64,000 nt of DNA. It comes from Pelomyxa schiedti (taxonomy: Eukaryota > Protista > Evosea). Both the position numbers and the translations under genes were made by a program. Position 1 is the first letter of the stretch; each line of letters opens with the position of its first letter. The stretch spans positions 1-64,000 of the forward strand of contig JAHLWZ010000633.1 in NCBI GenBank assembly GCA_020536535.1, given 5' to 3'. The notes under the pieces were generated by a model. The model was not told the origin of the DNA and made no database searches. It worked only from the letters and a program-made list of their open reading frames with translations. This document shows, in pieces, positions 1 to 11,500 of the stretch.

Positions 1-27
1 AAAAAAAATGACAAAAGAAAGAAGAAA

Positions 28-432
28 ATGAACGTGGTGGGTGACGGCGACGCCGACGCAAAACGCGACAGCCGCAGCGGTGGCTATGGCGACGCCTCTG
101 GCGGCGTCGGTGCCGACGCGCGTAGCGACAACGACAACCAGCAACAGCGAAATGAAAAGCAAATGAATACAAATCAAACTCAACACAAGCAACAAGAGCA
201 CGCGGGTAGCCAAACTACGCAGTTGCATTATAACTGGGGAAGTCCCTCTATCAAGAGGATACTGAAGGAGGTGGCGCAGTTGCAGGGCGACCCGCACACA
301 AAGGGCATCCTCCACGCCGCCCCCCTTGAGGTGTGTAAAAATGGGTTTTTTTTTTTTTTGTGTTGTTGTTTTTGTTTTTGTTTTTGTTTTTATTTGTTTT
401 TTTGTTGTTTTTTGTTTTGTTACTGTTACTGT

Positions 433-477
<45 letters not shown>

Positions 478-694
478 GTAACAGCTGATGTTGTTGCCGT
501 TGTTGTTGTTGTTGTTTCAGGAAGATACGCTAATTGCTTGTACAGGATAACATTTTTGAGTGGCACTTTACTTTGAGTGGTGCTGAGGATAGTGACTTTG
601 CGGGCGGACTGTACCATGGAAGAATTATCCTCCCACCAAACTATCCAATGTCACCTCCCTCTGTTGTCATGCTAACTGTAAGTCCTGCGTTTCT
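28..694 (+). CDS. UBE2J1: UBE2J1/Ubc6-type ubiquitin-conjugating enzyme, partial second copy truncated by the assembly gap
   Basis: Near-identical to 3917-4541; exon 1 SIKRILKE...AAPLE|gt, exon 2 DNIFEWHFTLSGAEDSDFAGGLYHGRIILPPNYPMSPP; runs into Ns at 695. Confidence 0.75.
346..516 (+). repeat. Intronic (TGY)n / T-rich microsatellite in UBE2J1 copy intron 1
   Basis: tgttgttgt...tgttgctgttgc repeats; source of the spurious poly-Cys and poly-Gln ORFs. Confidence 0.85.
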
Positions 695-794
695 NNNNNN
701 NNNNNNNNNNNNNNNNNNNNNNNNNNNNNNNNNNNNNNNNNNNNNNNNNNNNNNNNNNNNNNNNNNNNNNNNNNNNNNNNNNNNNNNNNNNNNN
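695..794. other. Assembly gap (run of ~100 N)
   Basis: N characters in sequence; sequence after the gap does not continue the UBE2J1 copy. Confidence 0.99.
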
Positions 795-1029
795 TTGGCC
801 GATACTCTCCTGGTACTTTATCTTGATTCTTTTCGGCTTAGATTGAAGCTACCAGCTTGGATATACACGAGTGGTCAGTTGAGTGTCAGGAAAATAACAT
901 GTCCCCTTCTGCATCCGCCTCTTTTATGGCTAAGGCGTCAGAAGCAATTCAACTTTTGAATGCCATTACCGCGCTGGTGCCATCTAATCTACGGGTTTCT
1001 CTATTATTACTTCATCCCAACTTCGTGCT

Positions 1030-2792
1030 CACTTGAAACAGCAAGGTCTGGGGGATATGTACTTGAATCAGATAAAACTACCCACCGCATACCTCCCGCC
1101 ATCACATCACCACCAGCCCACTCAACCTGCGGATCCTCCGCGCATACCTTCACACACCCAGCACTACCGCTCCACCAAATCCGAGAACGAGCCTCTTTCC
1201 CAAGAACAGACAAACCAATTAATGGAAATGCTTACGGCCCGCCGGCCCCAAACCGCGATGCCTGCACCTCCAGTAATCACTAATCCCCCTTCAGCTCCAC
1301 ATCCACCAGCACACCCTCAGAAGCGCAGAACTAGATCAAATGCTTCTCGTAACCAACCAGTACACCCTAACCCTCATCTCTTGACTCCTCCTACAATAAG
1401 CTGTGACCGCTTGGTACCTGTTCCGCATGTGAAGCGTACTGAAGATTCTCCTTCATCAGGCAGGACATTGAATCCAACAGACAACACATCAGCAAGCAGA
1501 ACTCCCAGTTTTAACGCAGACGACCGGGTAAGCAGGTCTGCTAGCTTCAATTCCGATGGAGCACCATCATGCAATGCAAGCCGCTCTACCAGCTTCTGCA
1601 GCGATGGTTCTTTGAGTAGGACCGGCAGTTTTCTCAGTGACACTGGAATAAGCCCCAGTTCTAGCTTCTCTATGGAGAGTGTCAGCAGATGTCCCAGTTT
1701 CGCCAGTATGGACAGCAGTCAACCCGTAATAAGAAGTGCCAGTTTCACTGTAGGAGAAAGTGGGAAAAGTTCTGATTCCGTAAAGAGAGTGATGAGTTTC
1801 AGTGCAGAATCTGTTAAAGATATAAAGGATACCAGTACAACTTCCGCACCACTCAGTGCTCCTACACTAAGGCACTCTACTCAAGGCCCAGCTACCTTCA
1901 ACCCTCCACCAATACCGGCAATATCAATAACACACCACGGAGACCCAGAGAATATCTTGCCGGCAATTATGAGAACCCGGAATACAACACAGAGGCCCCA
2001 GAGTCAGGAAAATGACGATTGTGAAGTGAGTGCTGGAAGTGGAAGTGGCACTTCCTCCGACTCAGGGGAACCTGATAAAAAACCCCGAGTTCCCTCTGTG
2101 TCAGCCAACGCGAAAATGAAGCGGGTACAGCCCATTCGCATCACTCCCCATCCAGATTCCTAATTTTGAATTTAGCACCAACGAGCCCTGGGTCCATACC
2201 AGAGAATTGTTTCTATTCCACCACCAAATTCAATGCCACCTGTTACCTGTGAACCACCGGACAAGCTACACTCGTGAGTTCGCCATCCGACCCCACATTT
2301 TCTTTAATTCTAACATATGGTTATAGACTGGTGGATTTTTGCGAACTGAAAGGCAGTCAACAGCACTCGAAAGTAAAACAAGAAAACAGCGGCGGCGGAG
2401 TTGCCGTTTCACCCCGGCAACAGAAGCTGGCTCCAATCCACGTTTCTATTCCCAGTCCCTCTCAGTCCTCATCCTCAGCATCACCATCACAATCACCCCC
2501 AACACACCAACAAGGATTCACACAGCAACAACCACAACAACAAGCAATGCCAGTGCTTCCCTCAATATTCCCACATCCACCAACATCCTCTCCCGCTCCC
2601 ATAACTGTAAACACGCAACCGGCACCCTCACAGCCGCAACCGCAACTGCAGTTGCAATTGCCTCAGCCACAGCAATTGCAACAACAAAACCCACCACAAA
2701 CACAACCCCAGGCTGCAGAAGGCGCCACCCCTACAAATATATCACCAAATACTCTGAAAAGGCTTTTCTCCATTGACAGTCTAATATCTTAG
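1030..2792 (+). CDS. Low-complexity S/P/Q-rich protein with repeated RxxSF motifs and C-terminal FSIDSLI; 5' end probably upstream toward or in the gap
   Basis: Long ORF 1033-2163 plus terminal exon ending LKRLFSIDSLIS* at 2792; intervening introns inferred. Confidence 0.6.
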
Positions 2793-2900
2793 TGCCACTT
2801 CAACGAGCCACTGTTCTTGTTGTTGTATTATGGTAGCATCATTTTGGTACCAAAAGCCACACTGGCTTCAGAAAATAAAAAAAAATCATCACTTTTTTTA

Positions 2901-3643
2901 TCATTTTAACAAGCTTAGAACCGAGTCAAGGGTTGGCTTTTGGTGGATTGTGGAATGAGTTTCAATAGTGCAGGTAGACTTGCAGGAGATAGTATGACAT
3001 TCTGTACAAGCTGAAAAAGAAGGAGATAACAAAGTAGAACAGCCGGAAGAAAGTGAACACTTTGAGCTGTAGTAGAGTATTTGGGACCCCGGCGGGATCA
3101 CTCCTGTACTTCTTTGTTATCCAGCTGTAAATGATGTGAGTTGTAAGGAAACCAAAAAGGAAAGTGAACCTAAAGAAGTAAAGTAGACCCATTGGAATAT
3201 GGAATAGAACTTCCGGCCAGAGAGCAGCAACAAGAAAAGCGGCGAATAAGAACACAAAACAGTAGAACTCCTTCTGCATCAGCCTGTTCAGTGTTTTTTT
3301 TTTGTATGACAAGGTCAGCCAGTGAAAAAATAAGAACGCAATTCCACAATGTAATAATATCACCATGGCAAAAAAGTAGAACACATACGGGGGCATTTTT
3401 TCAATTAAATCGCGTTTATGAATGAACTTGGCGTCATAGTCACTGATGTGTATTACCTATTGGTTGACCCCATAATAGACAAAACAAGAAGTTTTCTGCT
3501 TAGGAATAAAGCGAGAAAAACCCTCCCACAAGTAAGGTGCGTACACCCACCTGAGCGACGATGAATGCCACCAACACCAGGCTGCAGGTGAGGCCACACA
3601 GCCACGACACCATACACGGGGCCACTATCAGTTCCAACACCAT
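2901..3643 (-). CDS. Hypothetical multi-pass membrane protein
   Basis: Hydrophobic ORF 2962-3396 with several TM-like segments; candidate first exon MVLELIVAPCMVSWLCGLTCSLVLVAFIVAQ|gt from ~3643; splicing not resolved. Confidence 0.4.
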
Positions 3644-3916
3644 CCCCCTGTATCACTTATGGGTGTGTCTCGGCTTTTTATATCGCACTCGGGTGCCCGG
3701 ATCCACCACCGAAAACGACGCCGCTTCGCCCTGAGAATCGTTCGTGTGATTCAACTAATGGGAGGAAACATACCGAGTAAAGTGATGTGAAATGACCCTC
3801 AGTGGTTTCTTCCTGAGCATCTTAGGGAGTGTTCCAGGTGCTTCTGACTCGGCGGGTGAATCAGCCCCCACAAGCGACAAGAAGCAAAAAAAAAAAATGA
3901 CAAAAGAAAGAAGAAA

Positions 3917-5301
3917 ATGAACGTGGTGGGTGACGGCGACGCCGACGCAAAACGCGACAGCCGCAGCGGTGGCTATGGCGACGCCTCTGGCGGCGTCGGT
4001 GCCGACGCGCATAGCGACAAGGACAACCAGCAACAGCGAAATGAAGAGCAAATGAATCCAAATCCAAATCAACACAAGCAACAAGAGCACGCGGGTAGCC
4101 AAACGACGCAGTTGCATTATAACTGGGGAAGTCCCTCTATCAAGAGGATACTGAAGGAGGTGGCGCAGTTGCAGGGCGACCCGCACACAAAGGGAATCCT
4201 CCACGCCGCTCCCCTTGAGGTGTGTAAAATGGATTTGGTTTTTTTTTGTTGTTGTTTTTTGTTGTTGTTTTTTGTTGTTGTTTTTGTTTTGTTTGTTTTT
4301 TGTTTTGTTATTGTTGTTGCTGTTGCTGTGTAACAGCTGATGTTGTTGCCGTTATTGTTGTTTCAGGAAGATACGTCTAATTGCTTGTACAGGATAACAT
4401 TTTTGAGTGGCACTTTACTCTGAGTGGTGCTGAGGATAGTGACTTTGCGGGCGGACTGTACCATGGAAGAATTATCCTCCCACCAAACTATCCAATGTCA
4501 CCTCCCTCTGTTGTCATGCTAACTGTAAGTCCTGCGTTTCTGTCCTCTTCCTTTAAAGTCATCCCCTTTTAGCCCAGTGGCCGGTTTGAAGTTGGAGCTA
4601 AAATTTGCCTGAGTGCAACAGCATACCACCCAGAGCACTGGCAACCCAGCTGGGGTGTGTCCACTCTACTTGTGGCGTTAAGGTCCCACATGCTAACCCC
4701 TGCCGGTGGGGCCATTGGTGCACTGGATTTACCCTCTGAGGTTAGACGTTCATTTGCAACAAAATCCCGGACCTGGGCATGCCCTACATGCAAAGAGGAA
4801 AACCAACAGCTTCTCCCACCTCCTCCAACACCCGAGACACCCCCACTACCCCCCACAAATGGAGAAACAGCACCCGCAACCACAATTCATTGCACAACAA
4901 CATCTACAACACCGTCTACACCAATAAAGCCAGTCACACAACCACCTGAACGGCAATCAGCTGACAAATCACCACCGGAAATAAAAGCACCCATCCAACA
5001 ACCGCAACCACAATTCGTAGCACAACAAATACCCCCGGCAATGTTATTCCCAATCCCGCAGTATCTACCCCAATTCCCGAACCAAGTACTACAAAACGCG
5101 CTACTACAAGCACCACCACAACAGCATCAACCTCAGACACATCATCACCAACAAATTCGGACCACCTCACAACCACAAACACCAGCAACACAATCACAAT
5201 CCAAGACAGCCAGAAACTGTGTTGATACACTCATAGTCCTCATTTTTGCTTGTTTTGTGCTTTTGTTATTGAGGAAATTTGGCCTACTAATAAATGAATG
5301 A
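3917..5301 (+). CDS. UBE2J1: Ubiquitin-conjugating enzyme E2 J1 (Ubc6 family, tail-anchored ERAD E2)
   Basis: Exons 3917-4219, 4393-4524, 4573-5301 splice in frame; PSGRFEVGAKICLSATAYHPEHWQPSW with catalytic Cys; C-terminal TM TLIVLIFACFVLLLLRK. Confidence 0.93.
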
Positions 5302-5341
5302 AATTTGCAGAGGTTTTTTTTATTGTTTTCGACAATACATA

Positions 5342-5579
5342 CAGTGGTTTGCGAAAGTCGTGAAAAAATTCCGAAACAATTTTTGCATCTGGAAAATTGT
5401 GTGTGGTGGAGGTGGTGTGTTGGTCACGTGGAAGTCGTAGGCAACTGGCCAAACAAGGAAAGCTTCGATGCCTTCCACTATTTTTTGCGTTCCCCCCTTT
5501 CCAACACACCACCCAAAAAAAAATACAACAAAAATCAAAAAAAACAAAAAAATCGTGAGAGGAGATGAGCTGCTACCCC
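5342..5579 (+). repeat. Left terminal inverted repeat (238 bp), includes ATG at 5565
   Basis: Reverse complement of 8189-8426 with one mismatch noticed (ggaaaattGtg vs ggaaaattAtg). Confidence 0.96.
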
Positions 5580-6829
5580 CTTGCCAAACGCCGACGGGTA
5601 TTGAGCCATCAGAACGAATCAGTTGGTGTTGTAGCCCGCATTGAGGGAGTGAGTGAGAGCACAGTACGCCGGTACCGGCAGCAAGGTGTGGAGCAATTCA
5701 ACCACTGTGCATGCAAAAACCACGTACTAGGACCTCAATTAGAAGTACGAAAACGAACTGGGAGGCCTTTTTCTGTGAGTTTTTTGGCGTGTTATATGAT
5801 TGCCTGGACCTTACTCTTGTACCCAGTAGCGACATTAAAAGAGCTCCAGACAGTTGTGCTGGCGGCAACACACGAATTCTGCAAGTATATCCCTCTTTCT
5901 TCAGTAGTATCTCTTAAATATTGGGGTTTGTAGGCTTTGGCAAATCAGCCGTGCAATAAAGAAACTTGGCTTCCGCCTTCGTTTTACTACCCGAAAAATT
6001 ATTGGAGAGAGAAATGAGGTTCGTTGCTGCTGGATACATTTGTCCTACTAATGCCCTGATAGGCACAACGACGGGCCTGGTTTACCAATACTCTTACTGA
6101 GAGTCCTCATGGGTTTGTGTCCATTTCCTAACTCTGTATTCTAATATTACCCTAGTATTTTTTGTGTACCAGTTGAGGTATTGCTCGATCTAGATGAAAT
6201 GGGGTGCACCCTGTTGGATACAGCAAGACGCAGAGGGCACTCCTTGCCTGGTCAACCTGTTCGCACCCATCATGTATGTTTCACCATCCCTCTTTGCAAT
6301 TCTCTTAAACTTGCACTAATAATAACTTAGCCACCACAATCAAAACACCTCACTTTAATAATGGGTGCCGATGTTAATGTTGGGTCTTTGGGTTGTTTCG
6401 TGTTTCCAGGAACACTCAACACATCACTATTCTATGTTTGGCTTGCTGTAGTATTACTCCCGCAAATACGTGGCCAAAAACGCATTTTATTGATGGATAA
6501 TCACAAGGCACACCTTAACCCTTCCATCTTTGCGTTAGTTTCACAGGAAGGTCACCTTCTGGTACCGCGGTATGTCTTTTCTTTTTTATTAGGCCTCAAC
6601 CCTTTTTAGGCCAGTAGCCTCACCTGATCTAGCCTGGATTGAGCTTTGCTTTGCCGAAGTCAAGAGGCGCCTCCGCGAGTCACCTGGTCAAATAACGGAA
6701 CAGAATCTTGCACAACATATTTACAAGGCTGCTTTTGCAATTGATGGGCCACTGGTACAGAAATTTGCGTCTGCTTGCCACTACTATGTTCCTGGTCTTC
6801 CATACACGCCATACACAAACCCATTATAA
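5565..6829 (+). CDS. DD34E transposase (Tc1/IS630 family), ~343 aa, 5 introns
   Basis: Exons 5565-5884, 5934-6018, 6063-6112, 6156-6273, 6331-6569, 6610-6829 give an open frame: HTH (GVSESTVRRY; QISRAIKKLGF), LLDLDEMG, RRGHSLPG, LLMDNHKAH...PVASPDLAWIE with 34 residues between the second D and E. Confidence 0.93.
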
Positions 6830-6864
6830 AACAAAAAATAAAAAAAAATTTTTTTTTTTTTAGT

Positions 6865-8203
6865 TTAGGAACTTTGTGGTGAGGGTGCTGTGCCACTATC
6901 GAGAAGTAGTTCTTGTCTCAGTTGTTCTTGTATTAATTTTACAGCCTTTGGGTAGTCCCGCTTGAGTGCTTCTTCAACTTCAGCATCGTCGTACTGGTCA
7001 ATAAACCTCTGGTAATCATGAACCACAGAAAACATGGCATGAAATAGCACAGCATTTTCAGCACCAGCAATTTTTCTCAGTTTTTGGATTAGAACTACCA
7101 TAGCGTGAGGTGTGGGTAGAGTAAATGAGAAGGTACCTTTGGTTGTTTTTATTGGGTCCGGAGGTGCTTGGTCAGTACATAATCGTTTAGCCGGGTTTTT
7201 GTCTGTCACAGGTACAGCTGGTGGCACTCGTTTTGGAAGAGAACTGACAAAATCAGCAGTTGATTGCCCACATTGACCTGATCTTCCTCCTGTAGTGGTT
7301 GAGTGAAAAGGAATTATTAAAAAGATTTACTTAGATTCATCTGTACACTCTCAGTAAGTGCAGACATGGCCAAAGGGTTGCTTGCCACACACTCAGCCAA
7401 AGCATTATGTAGTTCTGGGTTTTCACTGAGGCCGGCTAGATCCTGCTTGGCCCCTTGCTTTGAGAGCTTGAACTGAAGACTTCTATTTAATTCGGCTGCC
7501 TTTGAGGCAGGCCATTCTTTTTCAGTAGCCTCAGGGTAGGCTGCGCATTTACATGAACAGAACCTGTACAATGTGAAGGACAAAAATATAAGCAACAGTT
7601 ATTACGTACTGGCACACTGTGCAGTGTTGTCGTGAGCATCCTTGGCATGTTCCATCATCAGCAGGATCGCAGCCACCACACCCACAGCCACACAAGTCCC
7701 CAGCATTAATTAATCGACGGCAGTCATCGCAAGCTGAAAGTAAGCAGCCGAACAACATAATTGAATACAGTGCTACTTACCTCCACAAGGATCTGGAAAG
7801 AGTCCTCGGCACCTACACTTGCACATCAACCTATCATAGACGCTTCCAGTTTGCCGGTTCTGCCAATTGTTAGCAAGAACAAGTAAAGAATATTCATTCA
7901 ACATATTCTCACCTGAGTCTGGTCTTTTCCTTTTCCTTTTCCTCTGGAGGATTCTTTCTTTACCCGCAACTCTGTAGGATGCCCACAGCCATAGCACGCA
8001 ATGACCCAGGTCTGGTGGCACAGTTGTTGTGGTTGTGGTTGTAGCTGTTGTGAGTGTGGTGCCGGCATTTGCCACTGTTGTGCTGGCCGTGATACTTGTT
8101 GCTGTGTAAGAAGTGGAGGTGGTGGTGGTAGTGTGATGCCCAGTCCATTCAAGTCCCTGTTTGCAATCGCACAGTCACTATTTACCCTGGGGTAGCAGCT
8201 CAT
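6865..8203 (-). CDS. Transposon-borne Cys-rich protein of unknown function (~370-383 aa)
   Basis: Exons 8203-7913, 7859-7781, 7733-7610, 7563-7331, 7289-6865 (GT-AG, phases compatible; optional 42-nt in-frame intron in the last); contains CKCRC-x7-CGACDDC-x9-CGCGCGGC-x7-CQGC-x4-CTVCQFCSCKC. Confidence 0.85.
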
Positions 8204-8426
8204 CTCCTCTCACGATTTTTTTGTTTTTTTTGATTTTTGTTGTATTTTTTTTTGGGTGGTGTGTTGGAAAGGGGGGAACGCAAAAAATAGTGGAAGGCAT
8301 CGAAGCTTTCCTTGTTTGGCCAGTTGCCTACGACTTCCACGTGACCAACACACCACCTCCACCACACATAATTTTCCAGATGCAAAAATTGTTTCGGAAT
8401 TTTTTCACGACTTTCGCAAACCACTG
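8189..8426 (-). repeat. Right terminal inverted repeat (238 bp), includes ATG at 8203 on the minus strand
   Basis: Reverse complement of 5342-5579. Confidence 0.96.
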
Positions 8427-8505
8427 TATTTACCCATTTGTTCCTTTTTGCTTAACAATAAACACACTTCATTTTGTTTTCATTCAACACCTACTGCTCT
8501 TTACA

Positions 8506-11500
8506 TCAACTTTGTGAGGGTGAACTGTTCAGTGGTGGTTGTGACGCCCGCGAGTGTGTATGAGCACTAGTTCTATGGTGTCTGACTTGACTATGCCCTG
8601 GGGAGTGTGATGCAGAGGTAGAAGTAGTCTGTGGGGGCAGTGCAGAAGTTGCTTGTGGGCTCCTGTGTATGTGAGTAGGAATTTCTACAATGGTGGGGTG
8701 CGGGCTTGTGTTTACGTGTGCCTGTTGTGAAGGTGTGGTGGATTTCGGGTGCGGTGAAGGTTGTGTTTGGGAGCTGGTGCTGCTGTGACTCATGTGAATG
8801 ACAGGGGTAGGTGACTGGTGTTGTTGGAGGGCGTTGTGGTCTACTTTGGAGTGTGGCTTTGTTGTTTGCTGCGGGCGAGTGGTTGCCTCAACCATTTCTG
8901 TTACCTGTCTGTGGCGAACATTCGGCTGCTGAGAGAGGGGCTGTGGAGGGTAGTCTCTAAATTGTACTATGTTTTGCTGTTGCCTTTCGCCTTGAGGGAT
9001 TCGCGTGTGATTACTAGCGTTATGTGACTGCTGTGGGAGTTGTGGTTGTGCTGCCTGACGGGCAGGTATAGTGTTTGGTTGTAGTGTATGTTGACTGCCA
9101 TTTCCAGATAATTCCCGTGATGGTACCCTTGTGTACTGTTGTCGTAGTTTTTCTTCAGGTAGATTGCGCTGAACGTGTCTTGGCCTTTCTGGGTTTCCAG
9201 GAATGGTTGCTTGCTCGACGTGTCTACGTGAAGGCTCAATTTGAGCTTGGCTTGGTTGTGCTGGCTGTGGGTTCGTGAGCTGCTGGGTCTTGGTTGGATG
9301 GTGCTGTTGGGGATGCTGTACCTGTGACTGGGTGTGAACCTGTTGTTGCTGTGTTCGTGACTGTGCCCGCCTTTGTGGTTGTATTGTTTGTGCTGTGAAC
9401 TGTGCTTGAGGCTGCACTGATGTTTCCTGGGAAGGCTTTTGTGGCAATTGAATACCTTCGGCCTGTGGGGATGTGATAGGTGGTAAACGTTGTGGTGCCT
9501 GCTTCTGCGTGTGCGGACGTTCTTGTGGGTGGGTTTGATGTGTGAGAGTTTGTTGTTCTTCGATTTTTTGTTGACCTGGTTGTGTCGCCTGTTGTATTTG
9601 GATATCATTTTGGTCCATTGCCTGTGAGTGCAATTGTCGTGGTTGTGGTTGCACCTGTATCTGTGACGACATTTGTAGCTGTGGTTGAGTCTGCACTGAC
9701 GACGGTAGTACTGCTTGCTGCTGTGGTTGTAGTTGCCGACTTGAATGGTGATGTGGAACAGAGTGACGGTGCTCGCGGTTGTGGGGAGAGGTGTTTATAC
9801 TTGCTTGCTGCGCATCAATAGAATGTCTTGAGTCACTTTGAACTGCCTCTTCTTTTTGTAGGAGCTGACTTGCTTTCTGAGCCTCATATGACATATAACT
9901 GTGTGGCCTAGGTTTTGTGTCACTGAGTGAACCAACGTGGCTGTTATGGGTGTCTGGAGAAATTTCTTGAATTTTTGGTAATGCCACTTGTTCTTTGTCG
10001 TTCATTGGGATTGTGGAAGCTGCCCCGTGGCCCTTATCACTTGGAGTAGCAGTATTTGCAGGTGAGGAGCTAACTGTGGGTGGAGTAGAAGGAAAGGATA
10101 CCGAGTGTGATCTTGAGGGGCGGGAAGCTGGTTTCCAAGGAGCTGGAGCTGGGGGAGCCGGGGCTGGGGATATCGGCCTAGTGGGTAGAACAGCCGGTGC
10201 AGATAAAGTTGGTTGCACTGAATTTGACGTTGTCTGCTCAGAATTTTGGTGCTTTTCTTCTGCCTGCTGGGGATTTGGTGGGGAGACAACCACTAACTTC
10301 TACAAGTTTTGAGAAAGGAACGTTCGCTTTGTTGTTATATCCACCTTATTTGGGGGTGACTTCATCGCATCCTTCAAGTATGTAAGCCATAACTGTTTAC
10401 TATGAACATCAGGACAAATCAGTATAATTGCGGCTGGTTTCGTTCTGTGGGTCACAACGATATTAAAAGAGTCTAATTTTCCGTCAGGTATACAAAGAGG
10501 GTAGGGTGGGTACCATTATCCGTGTCCTGAATAATACAATCTTCAATCAGAAATAGCCCAACCTCAAACCACTTATTTGACCGTACTTTGCAAATTAAAA
10601 TGCAGATGTCAAATAAATAAGCAACATCTGCCTTGGCATCATAAGTCAGAACACATCCTTTCCAGCTAGAACAGACCTTATAACTTTCTCCTTTACTTGA
10701 GAGAGTGCATTTGATTTTCTCCTCCAGAAGAAGATGGACTTTTGATCCAAGTAAGTCGTAAACCTTTCCTACTTAAGGTCTTTTGACACTTGTTCTGAGA
10801 GGAACAGCACACCTTTTTCTTCCAAGTGATATTTGGTTGCAGCTGAGACAGAAGCTGAATGGTGTGAGATGTTTTTGTTGCCTCATTAATTGTAGTCAAC
10901 ATTTTTCGCATCTGAGCAATTGCCGATTCCAAATTCCCATAGTCGACATGGGCTGTAGGTATTGGCATTTCATTGGAAAACGGAAAGAATTTACTTGGGT
11001 CAGTGTGTTTGTATAAATCCTGCAAAAGGAGCGGGTATTTGGTTATCCTTTGAGTTGGTTTGATTAAATAGTTGGACAGCTCAAGACCACGAACAATGGG
11101 GTTCTTTCTTAAAGTCTACAAAGTGTTAGTTCCAAAGACACACTGCTAGTCATACATACCTCCAAGAGTGAAGTAAATTTGATATTTTTTTTTGAGGTTT
11201 CCAATATTTCTTGTGCTTGTTCTCTACTGCAAGCATGTTCAGAATAAAGTTTGAAGAAGGCCATCTTGACAAAGATTTCAGTGGATTACACAGGAAAAAG
11301 GTAAACATACATGCTTCAAAAACGTCCCACCTATTTTTTGCTCAGAAGCAGGTAAACCTAAAGAACATTCAACGAAAAAGGGTTGTGGGCTGGGAACAAC
11401 TTCTCCATTTCTGAAATTCTGACGACATGCTTGAGGCAAGAGACTTGTACTGGGCGATTGGTCCAAAGATCACATTTACTTCCTACCATGAATAAGGTTG

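Larger units (their letters stand above)
5342..8426. mobile_element. Tc1/IS630-superfamily DNA transposon (DD34E), 3085 bp, carrying two convergent genes
   Basis: TA|CAGTGG...CCACTG|TA ends (TA at 5340-5341 and 8427-8428), 238-bp TIRs, spliced DDE transposase. Confidence 0.96.

Noticed and set aside
331-617. Poly-Cys and poly-Gln ORFs
   Set aside because: Translation of an intronic TGY microsatellite in UBE2J1
5240-5568. Duplicated small ORFs (MVCWKGG..., VVCESREK...) also at 8161-8570
   Set aside because: Translations of the non-coding part of the TIRs, not genes
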